Source of the DNA: Ophelia neglecta
Lineage: Eukaryota
Length of the DNA: 64,000 nt
Assembly (NCBI GenBank): GCA_965285935.1
Contig: OZ260661.1
Coordinates: forward strand, 38,378,001-38,442,000
Direction: 5' to 3'
Shown here: piece after piece, positions 1 through 11,932 of the stretch
Numbering within the stretch: position 1 is the stretch's first letter
Layout of the letters: each line of letters opens with the position of its first letter
Program-made: the position numbers and the translations under genes
The notes under the pieces: generated by a model
Seen by the model: the letters and a program-made list of their open reading frames with translations, nothing else
What the model was told of the DNA's origin: nothing
Databases searched by the model: none

Positions 1-854
1 GGAAAAGCTATTCTTAAAAAACTGTTTGGAGGGTATTGAGCAACACTGCTTACAGGCAGAAAATTTACCCAGTCAAGATAGAGTAGTGGTAGTGGTAAGA
101 AAACCACAGTAGTATTTACCAGTTTTTCTTGAAAATGCAAATTTAATTCATTGCCAACCTTTTAACCATTACAGTAATGGGTAACAAGCAGGTCAGCACT
201 GTAAGTATTTTTTTTTAACATTTTGCTGAGTTGCTCATTGAGCAGATTGATGAACATTAATACCTTTTCTGATATTAAGTAAATTGAATCGTTTTCTAAA
301 CTTTTAATGATTTATGTCATGATAAACTTATATATTTATATTATCAAAGATATAAGAAAGCTGCCACAACAGCTATCTATTTCCTCATTTAACACCTCAG
401 GAAGAACTATTATCTTTTACTGATCTTGGCAATCTGACAAATGGGGATTCCTTGACTTGTGTTTCAGTTGTTGAAAAGGTGCATTTGCAATATCTCGCAC
501 GTGAAATTGGTGTTAAATCTTTAAACAAGCACATTTGACAGTTAATGGGTAATGTAGGGAGTACCCTATCATTAAACACAAGCATGCACAAGGTTTCAGA
601 TATATTTTTGGACTTGAAACTTTTCCAAGTCAGAAAAGTGTTACACATTTCTGAATCCCTTTAGAAGCAGGCAATATGGAGGAAATAATTTGTATAAGGA
701 AGGTATACATGTAGGCATGATCCACACCTACTGTTTATATAATTATACATGTATTTATACATGTACATGCAGCCATGTCCTCAACCCTTGGTTCCAAGCT
801 ATTTCTACTGACACCAGTTTGGATAATATATTTTAAGTCTCATTGTAAAAAAAA

Positions 855-1000
855 TCTAAACAGATGGGTTGTAAACTTCCTTTTGAAATCAATAATAAAT
901 GGCGACTTTTTTATTTGCAATGGTAAAGAATTCCACACTGTTGGCACTAACTGCTCTGACGCCATAGCTTGACAGCTCTGTGCAAGGAATAAACAGAATA
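855..1000 (-). mobile_element. Degenerate 3' end of a CR1/L2-clade LINE ORF2
   Basis: Minus strand reads ILFIPCTELSSYGVRAVS, then after a frameshift VPTVWNSLPLQIKKSPFIIDFKRKFTTHLFR. This matches the typical L2/CR1 ORF2 C-terminal pattern (YG.RAFS..P.LWNSLP..I....FK..LKTHLF). Confidence 0.75.
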
Positions 1001-1784
1001 ACAGTGTCCTGGAATCAGTAATGCCTTATTCAGATTAAAGCTGAAAGTTTTATAGCTAGGATATAATCATCTCTAAATAAATAAAAAAAACTCCAATAAA
1101 AATAATTAAACTTGTTGGCTTATATGTACCAAAATCTGAAAGAAATGCCTTTTGTTCAAGCACAAACTTTATTAGAGCATGTATGAAGGAATACAATTAA
1201 TAAGTGTTAGTGATGGTGAAATATAGATGTGTAATAAGTTAATGCAGAAATTTTCCAGTAATAATATTTTCAAAATATACAGATATATTTCTAATTGTTC
1301 AAAAATGGGAACTAATTGGTATTACATCTATATAGCGAGCACAATGTCACAATCTTATTTAATAATAAAACCCAGATAGAATTAAAAAAATAATAGACCG
1401 TATATAAGTAAAGCATTTACATGTACATGTTTATATTGTTGTAGCTTTAATAAGTGCTTCTATATACAAATGTTTGCAATATTCTATACATCATCTACTG
1501 TACATCATTTATATTGTAGCTTGTGTATTTAATATTCTTTTGAAATACATGTGAGTAATATTATACATTAAACAGAGGGTACTGTACATTTGATATAAAT
1601 GTACTTTTACACCCAAATACACACCTTCTGAAGACAAGTTCCCCAGATATTTTTTTTATATTAATATTATAAGAACTAATTAGAGAAATGTTCAACTCTC
1701 CAATGTCTGAACACATTCGTGTTGGTGCTAAATGGTCCTGAGTTCACCTGATTTGATTGCGACCAAAGGCAATTGTTTGTAGCA

Positions 1785-2365
1785 GGGTGGGTGTGGGTAA
1801 GAATACAGATATTTCTTATGTTGAGGGGTTGGGTGGGTCTGGGAGGGATACAGATAGATCTTATAGTGAAACCTGTGTTTGTGGCCAACTGTGTAATGAG
1901 GTCACCTGTCCACTAAGGTCACTAAATGAAAGCCTCCTCCCCATCCATGCATGTATTAAGGGACCTCACTATTAAAGACACCTGTATAATATGGGCACTA
2001 TATTCCATCCAGTGCCTTGATTGACCTGATTAAACAGGTTTCACTGTATGTTAAGGAGTGGGTTGGGTGTGGGCAGGGTTACAAGTAGATCTTATGTTAA
2101 GGGGCAAGGTGGGTGTGGGCAGGGATACAGATAGTTCCTATGTTTAGGAATGGGGTGGGTATGGGAAGTTATACAGATACATTTAATATTGAGGGGTCGG
2201 TAGGGAGTGGACAGGGGTGCAGATAGATCTACTGTTGAGAAGCAGGGTGGTGTGGACTAGGATATGGTAGATATTGTGTTAAGGGGTGGGGTAGATATTG
2301 ACAGGGGTACAGGTAGATCTTGGGTACAAGGGTCGGGTAGATATAGGCATGGGTAGAGATAGTTA
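1785..2365. repeat. Degenerate G-rich ~46-bp tandem repeat interrupted by a MITE
   Basis: Unit ~gggtgggtgtgggcagggatacagatagatcttatgttaagg recurs with 46-bp spacing (1785/1831, 2064/2110) and decays towards 2365. Confidence 0.8.
1864..2046. mobile_element. Tc1/mariner-type MITE (CAGTGAAACC TIR family)
   Basis: Ends are tagtgaaacctgt ... acaggtttcactg, flanked by TA on both sides. Same TIR as the copies at 41826 and 60324. Confidence 0.8.
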
Positions 2366-3361
2366 TAATAAATTGGTAAATATACTATTCATTTTAGTAT
2401 TCACTTACCCAACTTGCTCTTTTCAACACATGTACATAGGGAATAATCTTATACATTTAGGTATTTTGGAACCATTCAATATTACTGATAGATATCCATG
2501 AATTGGGGGAGGGGGGGGGGGTAGGTAAGCACAGTTCATGTATAATACCGGTAAGAGCCCTTATCATGGTTCAGATGAAACAAAAAAATTGTATTTTGTG
2601 AGCATTTGGATGAAGGATCTGATTTCATTGGAAATCACATCTTCCTTTCACAATTCACTAGAAATGGGTTAGTCACTTTCCAGCTCACTAAAAAATCATT
2701 GTTGCATTTCACAATTCACCGGCAGTCATTGTCTTATGATTCATATAGAAGAAAATCTCAATTTCATAGGTCACAAAAATGGCCATGCATCCCCCAACCC
2801 AATGTATCTGTCCTAAAGATATGTACATACTGTTATGTAATATAAGGGTTGGGTTTCATGTGTGATGTGACCCCATCTTGTAACTCTGGAAGAGGCACGG
2901 TGAATTGGAGTTTGCTGCATTGATGGTGAATAATACCTCAATACTTCATTTACATATTTATGAGTACATTCTAGTGGCTTCCCAAGCTTGGCACATACAT
3001 ACTTGTGCATAGACGTTTCTTGGCTCTATGAATCTTTGATATGATAATATAGGACTCCTTCAAGTTTGCTGACAACTTGACAAGCCATTTATTAAGTCAC
3101 ATTAATGATAAGTCATAAAAAAATCAGAGGAAACAACCAAGCACATTTTTTTGTCTTACAATGTACATAGTACATGTTCATACATTGTACAGGTACATAT
3201 AATACATATGTATATATATATATACATAGATACAGTGTATTATATATGTGTATCTTTTTGTAGCTTGCACTTGTCAGAATCTGAAAAAGTGATAGCATCG
3301 CCAATTGAAATGTCCTTTTATTCTAAGCCACATCCATATGTTGCACATATTCTACACTGGG

Positions 3362-3367
3362 TTTATT
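3362..3367 (-). promoter_or_regulatory. Candidate polyadenylation signal of the discoidin-domain gene
   Basis: AATAAA on the minus strand ~140 nt after the stop codon; a second copy lies at 3317-3322. Confidence 0.45.
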
Positions 3368-3507
3368 GACATCAATATTGTGTTAAAAGAGCATGGTTTA
3401 CAAATTACACACTATGCTAAAAAAACAAGTTTAACATTAGAAACATATACAGATTCCTCCTATGTTATCATTTTGTTATCAAAGGTACGTTTATCATATT
3501 TATTTCA

Positions 3508-3663
3508 TTAGGAGATGTCTACACAGCCAATTAAGTCAGCACGCATGCATTTGTTACTATCTTTGAATGCAGATAGAGGAATGAGTCGAATCATCTGAGC
3601 CGTGATTGGCTGCCATAACATGTTAGTCTGCAAACTGTTCTGGTCGCTATTACCAGGGAAGAC
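3508..3663 (-). CDS. Discoidin (F5/8 type C) gene, last shared (constant) exon
   Basis: Acceptor cctcccacag|GTC. Encodes VFPGNSDQNSLQTNMLWQPITAQMIRLIPLSAFKDSNKCMRADLIGCVDIS*, the C-terminal F5/8C motifs (F.GN.D, PI.A..IRL.P, CMR.EL.GC). Confidence 0.93.
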   Translation of the reverse strand, partial: VFPGNSDQNSLQTNMLWQPITAQMIRLIPLSAFKDSNKCMRADLIGCVDIS

Positions 3664-3924
3664 CTGTGGGAGGAATGATAACGTTATTAGACGACATAAA
3701 GTCAAGCATTTCAACTTTTACTTCATTGGCAATGGTTTGTACATTGTCATGTAATTGGTTTCATTTGAATATTTTTTAAAAGGTTTGATTGGCTGAATGG
3801 CAGTAAGCTGAAAACCTCCCCTGCAAAATTAGCACCCTCTGGTAAGCATGTATCTTAGTGATATTTTAGGAGGGATTCTCTTTTAAATCTTTGGCACAAG
3901 GTTCCAATGCTAATGTGCTCCTAC

Positions 3925-4115
3925 CTGATCTTGGCCCAGGATGTCTGCGTAGGTAGTCCACTGGACCTCCTCTCCACTGGCAGTGGCGTCTCCGTACTGG
4001 AGCTGGTAGGAAGTCACCCACTGGGTGTAGTCTGCTCGACCTCGGGTCACCATGCCGTATATCACCCTGGGCGAACCAAGATCAAACTGGATCCATTCAT
4101 CACCATTTGGCTCTT
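3925..4115 (-). CDS. Discoidin (F5/8 type C) gene, shared (constant) middle exon; not in the ORF track
   Basis: ttgcag|AA GAG ... GAT CAG|gtagga, 191 bp, phase 1 to 0. Encodes (K)EPNGDEWIQFDLGSPRVIYGMVTRGRADYTQWVTSYQLQYGDATASGEEVQWTTYADILGQDQ, with the hallmark WIQ.DLG, T.GR and WVTSY motifs. Confidence 0.93.
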
Positions 4116-4371
4116 CTGCAAGGTGTCAATAAAATAATGAGATTTTATAGTACAAGTACTGGGGGTGCATGTACATTACCATGGATCAAGGTAAATAGTA
4201 GTATGTGGACATCAGCGGATAGGATTGGTCACACCCTTAGTGTGATTTTGATAACTCTCATTAAGGGTTCACTGTTGCTATAGGGTTTAGCAACTGAATG
4301 GAGCAATAGAACATAAGAGTCACGAAAGAGATGTTATAAAATACAAGGCACAGTTATTTAATTGAAGATAG

Positions 4372-5354
4372 TTAAACTGAGGGTAAGATGCCATTGATCT
4401 ATTTAACTGAGGGCAAGATGCCATTGATCTATTTAACTGAGGGCCAGCTGCCATTGATCTATTTAACTGAGGGCAAGATGCCATTGATCTATTTAACTGA
4501 GGGCCAGCTGCCATTGATCTATTTAACTGAGGGCAAGATGCCATTGGTCTATTTAACTGAGGTCAAGATGCTATTGATCTATTTAACTGTGGGCCAGCTG
4601 CCATTGATCTATTTAACTGAGGGCAAGATGCCATTGATCTATTTAACTGAGGACAAGATGCCATTGATCTATTTAACTGAGGGCCAGCTGCCATTGCTCT
4701 ATTTAACTGAGGGCAAGATGCCATTGATCTATTTAACTGAGGGCAAGATGCCATTGGTCTATTTAACTGAGGTCAAGATGCTATTGATCTATTTAACTGT
4801 GGGCCAGCTGCCATTGATCTATTTAACTGAGGACAAGATGCCATTGATCTATTTAACTGAGGGCAAGATGCCATTGATCTATTTAACTGAGGGCAAGATG
4901 CCATTGATCTATTTAACTGAGGGCAAGATGCCATTGATCTATTTAACTGAGGACAAGATGCCTTTGATCTTTTTAACTGAGGACAAGATGCCATTGATCT
5001 ATTTAACTGAGGGAAAGATGCCATTGATCTATTTAACTGAGGACAAGATGCCATTGATCTATTTAACTGAGGGCAAGATGCCATTGATCTGAGGGCAAGA
5101 TGCCATTGATATTTAACTGAGGGCAATATGCCATTGATATCTATTTAACTGAGGGCAAGATGCCATTGATCTATTTAACTGAGGGCAAGATGCCATTGAT
5201 CTATTTAACTGAGGGCAAGATGCCATTGATCTATTTAACTGAGGGCAAGATGCCATTGGTCTATTTAACTGAGGGCATGATGCCATTGATCTATTTAACT
5301 GTGGGCCAGCTGCCATTGATCTATTTAACTGAGGGCAAGATGCCATTGATCTAT
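4372..5354. repeat. 30-bp minisatellite, ~32 copies
   Basis: Unit tttaactgagggcaagatgccattgatcta with the variant gggccagctg. A block of variants repeats at a 210-bp (7-unit) offset (4561 vs 4771). Confidence 0.97.
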
Positions 5355-7399
5355 TGCCAGCCTTCAGGCTTGGTTAATGTCTGTGTTTATATGAACCATG
5401 ATATGTAACACAGAAAATAATCATATATTAACAGACTGTCTTTGTTTATTCAATAAACATTAGAACAAGACAGCTGGAATGGGTGATCACAGGAAGAAGT
5501 CAATTTTATAGGGGATTAAGGTAATTAAGCAAAAATTGTGAATCTACTTATAGTTTGCTGCAAAAAAGTGCAGTGGGTACTGGCCAATGCTCCAGCTGGT
5601 ACAGGCACACTTCATTCATACTCATGTTTCCTTATTACCATCCAAACCAGAAGATATTTATCAACGCATACATGTATGTAGACTTCTGAAATTTTGGACA
5701 AATGGTACCATGAACATAGGGTGTCCTGCTCCTGCCTGACTTATTTTAATCTTATATTTAGATCTAATTGTAACTTGATAAAGAACTCAACATACATATA
5801 TGATAATCTCCAGCTCGACATATTCTAGACGTATGCCATAATAGGTAACTGAATTTTTTGTAGCCAAAATCTTGTCTGGCTGTGGCACATACCTAATTTA
5901 AGTTGAAGCATTTTTATTAGAGAATTCTGTCCCACAGCAAAATTACCCAAGTCTCATTAAGTCTCCTGTGGCCATTGGATATCTACATATGTATATTTCA
6001 TTTTGTTTAGAACATTTGAGCTGCGAGCAGATTTTGAGTTTTAGATCAAACCTTGTGATTTCTCTTTGAGCTATATTTAAGTAGTTAAAAAAGCATAATA
6101 GCCACTTCAGGATTCTCCCAAAAATGTCCCATTGGAGGTCCTTGTGCATTTTGATCAAATATGTCATATTTTATAAATTGACCAGGTATGTGATTCTGTT
6201 AACCACTGTTAGGGTGATACCTTTGCAGTGGTCTAGTCAGGCTGGGTGATCTAAGGTGCAATAGTGCCCATAACAAACATCATGCAGTGATTGATAGTGT
6301 TTCTAGTTGAAATCCTAAAAGCAATGGGAATTGTATAACTTAAACACAATCTGGGCCAAGTACATATATTTTAAATATGGTGTCAATGTAATCAGAACTT
6401 GACATGAAACATCGTTTTACCTAAATGTGTCCCATTGAGAAATTTGTCAAGGCCTGCCATTCCCTAACTTTTATCATTCATTGACATTTTTAAACATATC
6501 TCATATCTTTTGAGTGTGTTCACATAAATTGAACAAAAGATATTCCAAGCATGTCCCACCATTATTATTCAGCCTGAAAGGACAATATTTTAAATGGACA
6601 GGGTGAATCAATTCATTTTAAATGATTTGTAAAATGGGATGGACATGATTGTATTGGTCAACAGGGAGTCTGGGGTAGGGGTAGAGACCCCTTAAAGTGT
6701 AGATGGAATAATATGATGGACAGAGGAACAGCCGGACCTTAATTCACTCTGTATACACTCATAAGAAGGAGGCTGGCATGAGTTAACAGGGACCAGTCCT
6801 GCTGTACCTGGGCCTTTAGGGTAAATAGGGTGAAAGTAACAGATACCTTGTAGATTCACAGTGCATCCAGTCCATAATGTAAACCAGTTAGCTACCACTT
6901 CTGTTTTGTAGACCATCAGCATGCAATATTGACATGCAAGCTTTAAATAATGTAGACAAACTGCAGGCTAGACTAGCTGACAAAAAGCCCAGAACAATGG
7001 CCAGGTGTGGTGTACTGATAAACCAACAAACTCATCCTCTGTTAAATATTCCCGGTATTGAATATCATTCTTGTATAAATATAGTTTTACTCATTAGATG
7101 ATGCCAGAACCATAGTTCATCCCTTAGTACATGTACATGTACATGTACATGTAGATACAAAATCCTACTAGAAGGGTTAGACTTTTAAATTACAGGTGAT
7201 ATTACAGGTGATATTTATATAAGTAGTACTCGGTACATGTACATGATGGGAGTGAAAGGAGCTTCAACTACATGGTTGATTTCTATTACTGTAAGTGCTC
7301 CTTCATGGTAGGTTCAAACACATTTAAGGTACCTTTAAGACAAAAGGGAAATGGAGATAATTACATGTTAAATGAAGTGGGAGAGAGTACCTATGTACC

Positions 7400-7630
7400 T
7401 ACATGTATGTGTAAACTGAAAGTTCTTCTACCTGTGTAAAATGGAAAGGGAAAGAGAAAGAACCTAGCTATGAAAAGAGGGAAAGCACCTACATGTCACC
7501 TAAAGTATGGGTAAACTGAAAAGGGAACGGGAAACAACCTATGTGCAAACTGAAAAAAGGAAAGAGAAAATACTTATGTGTAAACTGAAAAAGGGGAAAA
7601 AATACATATATGTAAACTGAAAAAAAGGGA
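7400..7630. repeat. Degenerate ~35-bp purine-rich tandem repeat
   Basis: Recurrent tatgtgtaaactgaaaaagggaa-like core, about 6 copies. Confidence 0.6.
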
Positions 7631-10600
7631 AATTAGACTGATGCTGCTTAAACTCGGTTGTCTGATTAGTGCACACCTCATTTGACCTGAGGAAGGTGCA
7701 CATGTATTGCACAGTAATGGATACCACCGTGATAGTCACAGGAGCCGGCACACTCTGCCCTCTAATCATTTTCCAAACATTACATTATCAACTACAAATC
7801 TGCCCATCTAACTTTTTAATTTTTTTATTTGAAACTAAAAGATTTTTTTATAAATCCCCCATACCTGTCTTGAGATGTTAATGGATGGTGAATCACCCTC
7901 CCATGCATGCATTCAGCTTGTCTACTCAGCATAAAGATATGTTTAGGTTATCACCTCTCCACATTGGTCATTCCAACCCTTTGTGTTCATATTGTATGTA
8001 CATGTACTTTAGAAATGTTAGTTTAAGACATATTTGTGTCAAAAAAGGTAGGAGTTTGAGTTACAATGTGACATAAATGGACTTGTATAAAGATGGTTTA
8101 GGAGAGTCTAAAGTAAAGTCTTTGTTAATTTTTTTTTTTTTTTTTTCTTAATTGGCTTTCAAAGGCATCTTAACAAATATGGATTCCTTGTTTGCTTATC
8201 AAGAGTTAGAGCATAGTTGGTGAACAAATATAATGCTTTGAGAAGAAGGAACCCAAAGAAATTCACACATAATTATAACCCTACTGCAATTTAGCCTCAA
8301 TAGAAAAATAACCAGTTTTATTTTGAAAGAAAGTTTGCTGGGTAGCAACCAGTGATATTCAGACTGAATCTTTGGTTCCCATTTAAAAAAAAAACTTAGC
8401 GGGTGGTGAACCATCATACGGATAGTATCAGGCACGAACAAAATACTCTTAAGTTAACTGCAGGCAAACTGCAAAACAAAATGTAAAAATATTTTTTAAA
8501 TTTGTTCTTGCTTACAAGTCAAAATTCTACTAGTGTGTGCCCTTAACCCCATCTAGTGTACTATATACATGTACTTATAAATTTACAGTAAAGCCTGGAC
8601 ATTTTATTCTTCATTTCATGCAAATTTTGAGCTATTTCACTTATATTTTCCCATACCTTGACCCAGCCGTGCAGTATGTCAGACCTGCATTACACATCCC
8701 AGGTCGTAGTTCAGTCAAACAATAGAACCCTCTTAATATAGGTTACAATGGAACAAGCAAAGAAAGCTGTTGCATGTTCATATTGGCTCCCATAACCTGC
8801 CAAACCGACTCAACTGTGCAAGTATGTGCCTAAAGAACCTTTGCACCTGTAGCTGGGTTTTCCATTTTACTATAAGTTTTGATGGGTGACTACTCATCAG
8901 TGGATGGAGTTATAAAAGATGGCTGTCATTAGACAGTGTGTGACGGCATTGCATGAGAGATGGCATGCCAGCCAGAAGTGGAAGACTAGATCAACCGAAA
9001 ATAAACTTACACACCCCCATATTACTGAATTTTTAATAGAACCACACAATCTATAACAATTTAAAATGTCGACAAAAGGTGCATGGTTCTAAGCTTTGCC
9101 TCTGACTTCAACAAATTTAAAAGCTAGTAAAGGCGTGTTTCTTTGGCTTGCTATCTGCACTACCTGAAAGAACATTTTTGTGAAAGTCATGACTAAAGAT
9201 GCTTAACCTCGCGAGAGTTATCAATCACACTGCTGTGCATTATTGTCTATTTAGTTGTCAGACAGCTTATACACATTAAAGGATACAGCAGCAGTCGAAC
9301 AAGTTAAAAATGAAATGCTGTTGTGAACATTTTCACCAACTGAATGTTAAGACATTCGAACACGATACTCTTTGGAATTAGTGCATGAAAATACTGTGAA
9401 TTGCTATCATTTCTGCTGTTTTATCCCTCTGGGAAAATCTCCTCTGCTGCTATTATTGTAAGCAATCTACACAACAACTTTAAGAGAAATGTTCATGCTC
9501 TCTTTTATACAGTTAACATGTAAAGTGCCTTGATGCACTGATGGATGGTTTCTTGAAACCTAAAAAAGGCAAAATTTATGTGTATCAGTTTAATTAGATG
9601 TGCATTTTCCACCAGGAATTGTTCATGAGGTAAATACATGTACACAAATAGCATACATGCATGTACATGTACTTGGGCATGTGCATGTGGATGGTGGGTG
9701 CAACAACAAAAAATGTTGCCAAGGACTTGTATATGCATGTATGCTATACACGGTATAATGTTCATGTAAAGTTAGATGTAGATGTATTTACATGGAGGTA
9801 TGACCCATCAATTATACCATCCCTTTACTAAGTGCAACGTTTAAAGAATGTAACGGTGCGTTCCCTCAAGCAAGCTTCGACTGTCACATCATTCATAAAC
9901 ATGCAGTCACCACAGTTATGTGCTGTTTTATAGTTATTGAATTACATGAACTAAGTGCAGATGCATGCAGACTTCTTTAGAATTGTTTGGGAAGATGAAT
10001 AGTTTGATAAAATGGAATACCCAACTCAAGTATGTTCCTTGATTTGGAGCAAGTCTGTTCAGTGAACTGATTAACCACACTTAAATGATAAATATCCTAT
10101 TTCAGGTATTGCTTCTCTTTTGAAGTCATTAATAAGTCATCTTATAGTTGCTCTGTCATTGCACTTACATTCTTAGCTTGATGACTGTTATTTTAAATAT
10201 TCATGCCACAGGAATAACCACAGTATGGCAACAATGTCATACTTCCAGTAGTGGAGATTATTAAAATACCTTACTTTTGTGTTCTTTTACGTGTATTCAT
10301 ATTAGTCATTTATAGTTTACTACTTGTGTGTAGTATACATATGGAAGGATTACACATACATGTATATTTATTCAGCTAGGATTTCAATGTTTTTTAAAAT
10401 GTTTTTTCCTGTGTTGCTGCATATCATTCAAATATACAGACTGTATGAGATAAAAATGTACAGTATACATGTACATCTTTTATATCAAAAATGTATGGTA
10501 TACAGAGTTCATTGATAGGTTAATTATCATCAGAAACACACAAAATAAATCGTTGATATTTACTTTTAACTTTTTAGACCAATTTTAATAATATCTGCCT

Positions 10601-10635
10601 CTCCATGCCCTTGTACATATAAGTAGTATTTGAGG

Positions 10636-11932
10636 GCCTCCGCCAGTTGGCGCTGGAAGCATTATATCATCAAATGGTGTCTGGCCTCATGTTTTTGTCT
10701 TGGCCACTTTGTGAATATGATATCTTAAAAACGAAAGAAGGGAATTATTGAAATTGTGCACAAAACCAGCATATTAGTTTGATGAACTGATGAGATTTTG
10801 GACATGATTAGATACCAAGGTGGTCGTGGCCGGTACAGCCATGGTCTTGATTATCCTGCCTCACATTACTATCTGAATGGCTTAAGCTGCAGGTCCCTGA
10901 AGTAGTCAGCGCACAGAACGGGGAAAGTCTTATGGCTTTGGTTTTGATGACATTCTGAATGAAAACAATACAGCCTCTAGAGTCATGCAACATTCCTGTG
11001 CATCATGGTAAACATTCTTAGTAGGGCATGATATGCATATGAAATGTGTTAAACACTAATAGGACATCCTATGTTTGAAATCTAATGAGAATTTTGTATC
11101 TGACCTTTACCTCTTCTTCAAGTTCAAAAGGAAACTGATTTGTCAACTGTGCATAAATGCTTAGCGCTAGATAGGCATATCAATTTGACCTTGACCTCTT
11201 TTTCTAGCTATTACCTATAATCTGACCTAAACTACTTTTTTTTTAAATATTGCTAGAATAGGAAGTGATAAGTGTGGATTCTAAAGATGACCTGCACAGT
11301 GAATACATATCTGCTCAAGGTTGCTAGGTACATATGTAGAATGTACTAAACGCTAATAGGAAGTCATGTACAAAGAACTGATAACCTTCAACTTGGCCTT
11401 TACTACATATTTGCTTAATGGTGCGAGATAAGCGTTTCAAATGTATGGACGATATGGATCACCAGTACGGAGTAACATGCAAGGAACATAATTATTGCCA
11501 TGAATTTGATCTTGGCCTTTTTCTTCAAGGTCAAATTGAAAATTCTGGTTTTCAAGTTTCAACACAAAATACATGTATTTGCTTAATAGTGCTGGATATG
11601 TATATACTGGGTAAATTGTGTTGACCATTAATAGGAAGTCATATGGAAGTCATATGTTAAGATTTTGTAGATGCCCTTCAGTTGGACCTTGACTACTTAT
11701 TTGTTAAATGGTGCTAGATACACATCTGGGCATATAGAGAATGTATGAAAGAATTACATGTATTAACCCAATCTTGCCATTGATGTCCACCTTGAACTTT
11801 GCCCTAGGTCATATTGATAAATAAACATTTTGAATAATCAATAAAGGCATATAAGCAGTACAGTGAACTGTTTCATTATCATCTGTTTCTTTTTACTTCT
11901 AATGACAGCATGGTGTTAACAGCATTCTAGTT
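10636..11932 (+). mobile_element. Old, degenerate Helentron-associated (HINE/DINE-1-like) element
   Basis: Starts gcctccgcc...gcattat and ends cattctagtt. Carries internal repeats (taataggaagtcatat, tttgaccttgacct) related to the repeat unit of the element at 48543-50147, in the opposite orientation. Confidence 0.6.

Noticed and set aside
397-648. 83-aa ORF near the window start
   Set aside because: No recognisable motif, an in-frame stop just upstream, and no link to neighbouring exons.
4372-5354. CRISPR-like array (also considered for 33298-33522 and 42865-43660)
   Set aside because: Units are head-to-tail with no unique spacers, the context is eukaryotic, and no cas genes are present.
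4320-5408. Long repetitive ORFs (MPLIYLTEGK)n and (MASCPQLNRS)n
   Set aside because: By-product of a 30-bp minisatellite with stop-free frames; no unique flanking coding sequence or splice context.
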